Part shown: piece by piece, positions 24,642-35,633 of the stretch | Numbering within the stretch: position 1 is the stretch's first letter | How the letters are laid out: each line of letters begins with the position of its first letter | Assembly: GCA_964057225.1 (NCBI GenBank) | Contig: OZ059894.1 | Span: 14,012,001 to 14,076,000 of the forward strand | Direction of reading: 5' to 3' | Length of the DNA stretch: 64,000 nt | Source of the DNA: Auanema rhodensis | Taxonomy: Eukaryota > Animalia > Nematoda | The notes under the pieces: generated by a model | The model's input: only the letters and a program-made list of their open reading frames with translations | What the model was told of the DNA's origin: nothing | Databases searched by the model: none | Made by a program: the position numbers and the translations under genes

Positions 24642-26768
24642 ATGGAACTTTCGGAAGAAAGGCATAGAAATATGCATAAAAATACCAGTAAGTTTACTTT
24701 ATATATTATTTTTTATTGGAAATGATTCAGGTGCTTTTACTGGAGGATGTAAAAAAAGAAGAGAAATAGCTGTACAAATTAGAAAAAAGAAAAGAGATGA
24801 TATCTTGGATGATAAACGTAAAATTAATATGGAGCATGTAAGAATATTCTTCTAAAAGTTATTTTTATCTTAATATGCATTGCTCAGTGTTCTTCTTTCG
24901 ATAATATTTCGGTAGAAGATAGACAAAAGTTATTCAAAGGAACTAAAGAAGAAGTTGCTATTTTACTCAATTCTTATAGAGATAATCTATCAGGAGGTTT
25001 TGTTTTATTTCTTAACGTTCTTCATAATTTTTTATATTGAAGACATTCCTTCAATTCTTGAACAGCTTCAATCAGCTAGAATTCTTGCCAGAATTTGTGA
25101 AATCGCTGTTAGTTGTGATGATGGGTGTGCCTCACTTGGAAAATCGTAAACGATGTTCAAGTAAAAAGAGAAAAAAAAAATTATATTGTAGATTGCTTGT
25201 ATCTATATATAATCCAAATCCTCAGGAACGTAAAAATTTAACTTCATTAACCATGGGCATGCGTATCATTAATCAGGGAATGAGGTAATTAATTTTTATT
25301 TAGCCTCACTTTAATAACCTGTTTTAGAATGCCATGTAAAAACGTTGTTGATGCTATTGAATTGTTACAATCGATTTCCCTATTTGTTGAGCTTGGTTAT
25401 GTGTACAGAAACATTTTTTTCATTGAAGATATTATGGATTCTTCATTTATGCTTTATTCTCAGTAAGGCTAAATATTCATATAATTTTTATCTCATTCTT
25501 AATTAGATATGCAACTGATAATCAGGTTTCGGAAAGTTTTATATGGTTGTTATCTTTGTTATGTCGTGACTTAGATCGATACCCCCCTCCTCCGGAAAAA
25601 GTTTTTTTTTCTCTTCAAAGGAATATTTGAAAATACTGTTTCAGTTGAAATCATACTTAGGAATATTACGAGAAGGCATACACTCAGAAAATTTAGATTT
25701 TAAAATGGGATCTTTAAAAATCCTTGCTGTTATTGCCTCAGGAGGAGACTTTTATACTGATGTAAATATAGGCTTTTTTTTCAGTTTAATTATATTTACT
25801 AAATTTTTAGGAAATGGAACAATATGGTATAACTGAAGATATCCTTAACATGGTTTCTGTTGAAAATAATGACTTCATGGTTCCTATTGTTTCAATTTTG
25901 TGTAGCATAGAAGAAGCTAGGGAAGAAATTCATGCTGGTTATTATTTTCTATCCCATTTGAGTTATTTTTTTTGGATTTAGAAATATGGAGACGGGGGTT
26001 ATTGAAAACTCTTATTAGTTGCATGTCATCAAACTTAATGGCAAAAGAGATTTGTTATATATTGTACAGTCTTTGTGAACAAAAACAAGAAGATGCTGCT
26101 AGGGTTTGTTGGAGTATACGTTTTCAAATTCCATAAAAACAATTTTAGGATGTTATTGAATGTGGAGCTCTTCTAAATATACCTGCAATTCTTGAGAAAA
26201 TGGATTATCACACCAGACGTGAGGTACCTTTGTTATTCGAAATTCTATAAAATCTGATAAATCTGTTTACAGGCTGTTTACTTCATTTCTAGCCTTCTAT
26301 TATCTACCAGATCAGATATTCATGATCAAATAATTAATTCGAATATTCTGCGACATCTTTCTGATTTATTGACTGTAATGGACTCTGATGTAATTCAAAA
26401 TGACGACTTCATGTCATCTATTCTTTCTTTTTTTTTAGTTTCTTGAAGAACTCTTAACTATATTTGACGTAATGTTACAACATGGACAACGGATAACAAG
26501 TGAAAAACGCTGTTTGTGCGAATTAAAATTATCTTACACTAGTTGTGCTTATAGTGGCCGAAAATCCAGTTGCTGTCGCTTTTGAGGAATTCGGGGGGCG
26601 TGCTCGTTTAGATTACCTGGTACAGTGTGAAATTGGTGGCGTGTCCAGCAAAGCGCAGTATTTAATAGAAGAGTAAGTTGCATTTATCACATTTTTGTGG
26701 TTTTTCCAATTTATTGTTGTATTTTAAGATTTCTCGAAGTTAATGATGAACAACTTTATCTTATGTGA
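24642..26768 (+). CDS. Divergent importin-alpha (karyopherin alpha; resembles the nematode germline ima-1/ima-2 class)
   Basis: IBB domain (KKRREIAVQIRKKKRDDILDDKRK) and a typical importin-alpha C-terminus (DYHTRREAVYFI, LSDLLTVMD, NPVAVAFEEFGG...SKAQYLIEEF). The middle ARM repeats are highly diverged. Confidence 0.8.
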
Positions 26769-27697
26769 TTTATAAAAATGGTGAAATGCCATGTTGGCCA
26801 TTAATGCAACTCATGAATATGTACCCTGGCGGTATTTCTAAAAACTTTTTCTGCATAATTGTCTTTGAAATCTTACTTTACTAATTCACACTTCTATTAT
26901 TATATGTTTACTACTATTTTAACTTTTTTTTCTCTAAGCGTTGCATATATTCATAGTATTCTGGTCCCGTGCAAAGCATCTCAAAAACTAGTTATCGTTT
27001 ATTTGGAAAAAAATTGTTTTTCTTTATACTTTGACGAAAAAAGTAATGTTTAAATACTGTCCTTCTGTTCCAATTCAATATAAAATTGTTTCCATTCAGT
27101 TAAGAATAAGTGAAATATACAGAACACATAATATCGAACCAACAATGTAGTGTTTACTCACTGATTTGAAAGAAAACAAGATAATTGTGATGTTCATCTC
27201 TAAATTAAGAGGGCTTTAATATTTTTAGCCGGCTTTTCTAAAATTGTCTGTAAAAATATAATAGTTGTGTCTCTTATAACGCTGGTTCCTCTCCAATTTA
27301 TCTTGGCGCTTTCTATTTACTCTTCTTGAGAAATCAAACATGAGGCAGACAAGTTAGTTAAGTTGAACGAGTCTAAACTTGCTTCATGTTTCTAGATTCG
27401 TTAAGGTGAAGTTCTCTCAATGACATGTGATTCAGTTACGTGAAAAGGCATTGCGATATCATTGAAAGTTTGTAGACATCGACATACTGTTGTAGAAAAA
27501 ATTGATTCTGACATTTTCGAAGATGGTCTATTCCATCGGTTTATTAAATTTTGATTTTGTGAACCCTATAGTTTATGATATTATGTGAAAATATGTATTC
27601 TATGTCTTGTTAATGATAAGCCAGTGTAGTGATTACAAGTCAGTTTTCTTTTTCCTAGGTCGTTGATAACACATTTGACTTTTGATTTGAGTGCAAG

Positions 27698-29968
27698 ATG
27701 ATTATTCGTCTACTACTAGTAACATCATTGTTTTGTTGCGGTAAGTTCTTCTTTAAGCTTCAAGTTTCAAACTTTTTATATTTCTTTTCAGTCTCAAACG
27801 ATGCATACAAAATTCTTATGGTGAGTCCTCTTTTTGGACATTCACATGCTAAGTTCTTGGGTATATTAGCCGATAAGTTAACTGATGCTGGACACAATGT
27901 TGTAAGTTTTTAATTTTTGTTTCAAAATTCAATACAAAAAATTGTTTTTAGACAGTACTCGTACCAGTTCTAGATAAAGATTTAGAAAATAAAAAAGTAC
28001 ATAAAACTACTAAAGATATTAGAAAAATTCCTGTAACTGAAAATGTTTTACAATATGAGCATTCACTTAAAAATGTGATGAATAAAGATCTTTGGACTAT
28101 TAAAGCAGATGCTTCCGCTTTAGTTAAGGTATTTCCCGGATATTCTCAGGCTTAGTCTGTCTATTTAATGTTTTAAGGTCGCCGAAAACATGTCGCACTT
28201 GTTTGAAGCACTTTGCGAAGGTTTGTACATTCTTTTCTATTCTATTGAATTACGGTTCAAAATGTGACTTTTGCGATCATATCGTCTACGTGATAATATT
28301 CGAAAAGTTGGCAAAGGCCAAAGATTACAGTGAAATTGTTTGTTTTAAGAAAGTACTTTACAGATCTTGCAACAAATGAAACTTTACTAACTGAACTTCG
28401 TAATGAAAAGTATGATATTGGACTTGCTGAACCTTTCTATTTCTGTGCATTTGGTAAAATTTTCTATAAAGAAAACCAAAAATATCATATTCTTTAAGGA
28501 ATTTTTGAAACCCTCGGTTTACCAGTTACATTAGCAGCTGAATCTAATGTTCAAATGGATTATGTATCAAGATACATTGGTATTGATTTTATTATTTTAT
28601 AATGGAAAAACAAATTATATTCTTAGGAGAACCATTAGCTCCCAGTTACGTTCCTGGAACTCTAAATCCATTTAGAGAAAATATGAGTTTTTTCCAAAGA
28701 ATAGAAAATGCTTTTGGAACTGTAATGGGAATGAACTTCTTTGATGGAGTATTAAATGCTGAAAGAAAATCATTTCTTAAAAAAGATAAAAATTTCCGAT
28801 CAGTAGCTGTATGTAGATCTTTGTTCAAAATTACAAAAAAAAAACATAATCTTCAGGATATCATCAACGACGCATCATATGTTTTCACGAATTCTAATCC
28901 ATATTTGAATTTCGATCGGCCAATTGGACATAAAACGATTGAAATTGGAGGAATTACAATCGATACACCTGAAAATGAACCAAAACTTGATGAAGTGAAT
29001 TGAAAAAAAGTTGAAATTATAAAAGAAATAATATTTATTCAGGAATGGGATAAGATATTGAGTAAAAGAAAATATAATGTTTTAGTATCATTTGGATCTG
29101 TGGCTAAAAGTTTCCAAATGCCTGAGATATACAAGTAAATATATCTTTATGTTAATTATGTTACTTTATTTTCTTTTTTTTTAGAAAAACTTTATTAGAA
29201 GTTTTTGAAGAAATGAAGGATGTTACTTTCATTTGGAAATATGAAAAGCCTACTAATATTGCTGATCATCTTCCTAATGTTCATCTTTCTAATTGGATGC
29301 CACAAGTTCCTCTTCTAAATGATCCTCGTCTTAACATCTTTATCACTCATGGAGGTCTCGGAAGCACTACTGAAGTCTCATATTCAGGAAAACCAGCAAT
29401 TTATGTATGTGATTCTTAGCTTTCTTGTGATTTATATAGTTTTATTGTATTTCAGCTTCCTTTATTTGCTGATCAACCAAGAAACGCAGAGATGACTGCA
29501 CGTTATGGTGGAGCTAAGAGATTAGTTAAAACTGATTTACAAGACAAAGATTTATTAATTAAATCTATTAGAGAAATGTTAGAAGATAAAAGGTTCATTA
29601 TAATATTATATATTTATAATTTATTTTATATTATTCCATTATAGTTATACTGAGAATGCTGAGAAATTGGGTAAAATTTTGCGTAGTGTACCATTAGATC
29701 CAACTGAAACTTTCATTAAACACGTGGAATTTGCTGGACGGTATATATATTTGAAAGTATCATCAGTAAAATAATTCTTTTCATTTTCAGTGTTGGCAGA
29801 ATTCCAAACTTGAACTCTTATGCTAGAAATTTAACATATGTTCAATATTTCTTTATAGATGTTATAGCATTTGTACTTTTATTAGTAACTCTTACTGTAG
29901 TTTTACTTGTAGCTATAGTTAAGAAAGTTTTAAAGCTTATAGTTGGTGGAAAAGCAAAAACTGATTGA
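27698..29968 (+). CDS. UDP-glucuronosyltransferase (ugt family)
   Basis: Signal peptide; YKILMVSPLFGHSH; PSYVP; LVSFGSVA; FIWKYE; WMPQVPLLNDPRLNIFITHGGLGSTTE...PLFADQ signature; C-terminal TM and KAKTD ER-retrieval tail. Confidence 0.95.
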
Positions 29969-30539
29969 AGTACACATATGCATAATGTCTTCTATACATA
30001 CGTATATGTTTTTAAAAAAAATGTAAATTAATTATATAAAAATGAATAAATTTGTATTTTGTTTTCATCTTTTCAAAATTCAATGAAAAAAATAGAGAAA
30101 AACCAGTTTGATAGTTATATATATAACTACATACTATATACTATAATTAATGTTCTAGTTGACTACAATATAATACATTATTTTCTAAATTTTTAATCTG
30201 TATTTAATAACTTTTCAATAATAGATAATATATTTTATTTTTTATAAAATATTAGAATTATAAATAAAAAGAACAATTCCATAACCGTTTATTAATTATT
30301 CGTTATAGTTTAAATCATACAATGAATAGATGAACAGTCGTCAGATCACCAATTTGTTTTTGTTTTTTTATTTTTTTGTTTTAAATATAAGAAGATAATA
30401 TTGAAAATTAACATGATTATATATCTGACAAACAAAATATAATTTTTATTTTTTTTTTCTTTCAAAATTTCAAATAAAATAATGTATAATACAAATACAT
30501 CTAGCTCATATACAATCTCATTAGACTCAAATAAGCTGT

Positions 30540-31275
30540 TTAGATGATTCCTCTCTTTCTTTGCTCTTCGATTGAGTAACAGTATAATTCACATTCCTTA
30601 AATTTAATTTGTAAATTTTAATTATAAATTCAACAAAAAAATTTAAATGTGAAGCTTGATTTGACTTACTAACCTGCTTAGTACGTGGAGATCTCCAGAG
30701 GTTAAAGTCCAATTCTGGGCAATATGGGAAGATGTATGGCTCGCATTGATCAGTGTTTGAGAATCTGTTGACCTATAAGTTGTAAAAAGTTTTTAAAACA
30801 TCATGCTTATCTTCATCATCATATGATATCAAACAAGGAAGTTTGATTAAAAATAATAAAATTATCAATTTACCCTTCGGAACCATCTATGAACTTTTTG
30901 AGCTGGATCACGACTGTTCAAAGTTACATTAGGGCATCCATTAACAATGAGATCATGCCATAAGATGAATGGCATTGGGTCACATCCTCTAGCTGGTGAT
31001 CCGATTGGGCAAGCACATAACTATAAATAGAATATATTATTATTATTATTATTATTTATATCATAATTAACTGATTCTTGATTCACAAATCACGTCATTG
31101 TTTGTGTTACGAATTGTAAAGTTAAGATTGTAGCCGTTGATATTTTGATTGTACAAGCCACCACAATGTTGACTTAATTTTTTTTCAAAACGAAACTAAT
31201 ACGATTATGTTTGCACTTATCCCTCAATCAGTTTTGAGTTAAGCTTTTGATTCTTTTTTCATATCAAAATGAAAC

Positions 31276-31323
<48 letters not shown>

Positions 31324-32548
31324 GGAGATAGATACCAGAGGAAATGCAACAAAATTTTCTTCATGAAATCATCTTCAGCATCTTGTTTCGTTATCTTTTA
31401 GTGATGTTTCCACATTGGGCCTCTATTCATTTAACAAAAGAATAGATTTTGAGATTTAAGTGGCTAGCGCAAAACAGGTCAGATAGCCAACCTATGATCA
31501 GCGCTTAGCCCGCCATATATGAATGCATGCCCTGAAGGTATAATAGAAACGAATATCTAGAATTGTAGAAATTTCTTCAAATATCTTTTCAATATTCTAA
31601 GCCTTATCTCTATTTCAAGGTGACATGAAGGAACTGGACAAAAAGCTAAATACAGATTTGGTTGCCGATGCTTTACGACTCGTATCATTTGATGAGATGA
31701 ATGATTTTATCTTATTGACATCATCAGCATTTGGAATCAAAAATTCTTAATCTTGCTTAAAGAAAAGCAAAGAATGCTTTATCTTCTTAAATCTACTTTG
31801 TAGTTGGTTAAAAATATTTTTTTGTTGAAAATATCTTCGATTAATTAACGAAAGCGATAATCTGATGACTGGTGATCATGATATAATGATTCAGGAAAAA
31901 AGGTATAAGACACACTTATCGCATCAAATTTTCTTCAGGAGTTTCGGAATCATTTTCATCCTCTATAATAATTGTCCCGTTTTTTTGTCTTCGTTTATGA
32001 TCATCTTTATCAAATTCTCACGACAAATTTCTCTCATTAACACACAATAATTGGGGTCATGTTTCAGGTAAATTAGCGAAAAAACGCGACCCGAACGAGG
32101 TCGGTGGGCTGGGATATTTATCAGCAAATGAATGGATAAGCTGTTCGTTAATCACTAGTTTTTTGGAGCAATGATCGGTTTTCTTTAACTTGTAGATATC
32201 ATTCTAACTATATGTTTGAAATAAAAACAATTCAAATTCAACATAAATATTCAACAAATCTTACTTGGCATCCATTTCTTTCTGTGACTACAGCGCAGTC
32301 TAATCCTGTGCAAAGCATAGGAGGACAGTTGTCAACAATTAATTTTCCCAAATCTGCGATGACTGATGACTGGCTGTCTGAAAAAGGAAGCCAAGGATTA
32401 GTGTTTTATCATATCAAAACAACATTTCATTATTTCATATATTAGAGCATTAATTATATATTGAAAAGAACTTACGAGATCTTTGCGAATATACGCAGAC
32501 AACAGCGCAAACGGCCAGAAAAACGGCCGAAACCAGTTGATGTCTCAT
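30540..32548 (-). CDS. Small secreted Cys-rich protein: antistasin-like module plus degenerate Kunitz/BPTI-like module (about 160 aa, 5 coding exons)
   Basis: MRHQLVSAVFLAVCAVVCVYSQ signal peptide; CPPMLCTGLDCAVVTERNGCQLCAC; GCPNV...RWFRR...DQCEPYIFPYC...TKQECELYC; all exons join in frame at GT-AG sites. Confidence 0.8.
31277..31320. repeat. (GA)n microsatellite in intron
   Basis: Directly visible GA run with one interruption. Confidence 0.9.
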
Positions 32549-33939
32549 CTACAAAAACCTAATTAAATATTTTCATAAGTATTACATGATAATACTGAAG
32601 AGTTCCAAGTTTTAAAATTAATTTCAATTAGTAATAATAATGTTCAAAATAACAGATAAAGCTGGATTATCACAATTAGAAGAAATAACGAACATCCTAC
32701 ACTATATAAGGAATTGTGCGAACTTTAAAATTTGAAAAAACAGACGGAACCGATGTGATAGGTGTAACGTTTATGATGAAAAAAGGAACAGAAATATATT
32801 TGCAACTTGCTAATCATTCAATTAGTTTAATGCTAATTCTATCATTTTCGCTAACAATATTTTAATCAGATTATCAATATAGCTATGTTAGCTGAAATTT
32901 ACGAAAAGAAGACGATAATTGGACTTAACTATCAGAATAAAATATGGGAATAATGAGAGAATGAGAAAGGTGGAAAGAGATAAAGAGGGAGAGTGAGAGA
33001 TAAAGAGACTGTGTGTGAGAGAGAGAAAAAAAAAGAGAGAGAGAGAGAGAAGCTAAGAAGAAAAAGTATGAAGTGAATGTTGATGTAAGAAAAACACAAC
33101 AGTTCATTGCATCAAGTTGAAGATAAATGCTTCTCCTACGTGCGTTGCTTTCACGTAAAATAGCGTGAATACGACTTTTAAATCATGGTATAGAGCATTA
33201 TATGATTGAAAATGCATATAATATAGTTAAAACAAATTACATGGCATCTGTACAAGCAGATATTTTGGATAAAAACTTGAGTGACAAGTTGTTAAGCCAT
33301 CATCCTTTAAGGAAAGACTATGTAACCAGCAGAATGAAGACCAAGACAAAGAAAATAGGTGGACCAAAGTGATTTCGAACCGGAATTTAGGCGTATCTGA
33401 GTCGGTAACCAGAAATTGAGATATAATTGAGGCTAATAGAGGAACTGACCAAGGTTGGATGGCTAAACAGGGCCACAATTGGATGCTGAGGATGACCAAA
33501 CGTGTCACGTATCGCCTCTAAACATAACGAAGAAAAAATAGGGAGAAGAGTTTTTTATTCACTCTTCTGGTCAAAAAACTTGTCGAAACGTTTTTTTTAG
33601 ACAAAATTCACCTTTTCTCTTTAAATTGATATCCCGACTTATCATATTAAGTCAAAACATCAATGATTGAAAATATTATAAATAATCTTTTGATGAATTG
33701 CCCCAGAGAATTAAAGGAATTTCCACGACGATTTTTTTTTCTGAGATCTATCACAATTCCGTAGTTATTTGTGAGGTTAACTAGATCTTGTACAAAGAAT
33801 AATAATTGTAATATAGTTTTTCAGACATTCCAACAAGAAATCTCATTTTCTCTCTAAAATGCAATTTTCTTACATCCTTCATTTGTACTGTACGGATTCA
33901 ATTCGTTTTGTGCAATTGTTCCTTTTTTCTTTCTCTTTC

Positions 33940-33953
33940 TATTTCTCTATCTC

Positions 33954-34014
<61 letters not shown>

Positions 34015-34036
34015 TTCTCTCTCTCTCTTTCTCTTT
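33940..34036. repeat. (CT)n compound microsatellite
   Basis: About 95 bp pyrimidine tract dominated by CT units. Confidence 0.9.
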
Positions 34037-35633
34037 CTATACTTATATAAATTTATAATCCTCTCTATTTCTCACAATACCTTCACTCGTTTTTCATAGT
34101 TTTCCTATTTTCGAGATAGTTTTGATTAGAAAATTTAAAAAATCAATCTGAACTGAATGATATTTGAGAATAAAGATGACTTAACATAGAATCAATCCTG
34201 ACCATAATCTAATAAACAGAGAGTTCATAGAAATAAAAAAGATCTCGTTCATAACGTTCATTTCATTTTTTTTTCACAGCAACTCTTATGAATATTATCT
34301 TCTATTTGATTTTGGACCACACTGAGATATTACTTTATTTTTATTATTATCTATTACTAGCATAACAAATAATTCGATCGAAAAATAGATATAAAAACTT
34401 GTATTCAAGCGGTGAAACTTTAGCTAATTAGAGATCATGCCAGTTAATGAGAAAGCAAGAATGAAGAAGAACAGGGTCATTTCATGGACGACCTTGCCAT
34501 TTCCAAGTTTTACAAGTTTTATCTTATCCTAAACAAACTTCATGAAGCTTTTCATTAAGAAAACAATGTAATTTCTTACAAAAAGCTTCTAACTCTGATG
34601 AAAAACTTCCACAATTTATTAGAAAGATAGAGGACATGCCTGATCAGCACAAGTATAGTGAGATAAATAAGGATTTATCAAAAGAACGGATAAGCGACAT
34701 ATGTCCTTCAAGTTCAGCGAATACACTTTCCCTGTAGAACCACATATCAGCTTCAATTTGGACGAGCATCAAATGAATAATCTGAGACAAAAAAGAAAAT
34801 CTTAGAGCATAGTGGAAAGAGATAGATAGCTGGACGGTCCAGGACTATATGCAGCAGGTTTGAAATCATGGCCGTCAGTCGCCCCCACGTCTACATTCAC
34901 CCCACACTTCTAACCTGTCTCCGCCTCTTACAGCCCTCCCACTTTCTTTAAAATTTTGACGACTAGACCTCGAAATCGGAAAAAATCCCGTAACGAGCAT
35001 CACTGGAAGTCCTCGAATTCATAATCAATCGAAGTGTCAAAAGGAATCTTGACCGATTCCAAGCCACCTGCTTCACGATGTTGCATCCGGAATTACGTAA
35101 AACAAATCAGGTTCTAACAAAGAAAGAAAGAGATAGCTGAATTTTCAATACGCCACTCTCTCATATACACCACTTATATGGGTGAGAAAAGAGAAAACGT
35201 TGATAGAAAGTGAGAAATTTGAAATGGCCTGTAGCACCAAAAATATTTAGGTTGAGCAGAAAAAAAGGAAATAGATAGAAGACAAAGAATAAAATCAAGA
35301 CATTCAATCACATGTAATAAATAAATAAATTTATATATATATAAAATATGTATATATTTCACTTAATTTTACAATTATCACAAATATACCCAAGACTACT
35401 TCACAGCTAAAATTATCAGAACAATGTGCGTATCCAAAAGGTAGATTCTTAAGTTAGTGTGAAATCGTTAAAAACTTAAAATGTGAACGAAAAAACTATG
35501 ATATAAACAATTTCAGCACCGGAAAAAAAGATAAAAAAGATAATGATATCACAAAACGGTAGAAAAAAAAAGATGACGGATATTAAAAACGTCAAAACTT
35601 TAAAAAACTATTGCTATACAATATAAAATATTT

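Noticed and set aside
11157-34099. Poly-SL ORFs (11157, 32925, 33859, 33908)
   Set aside because: They are translations of CT microsatellites.
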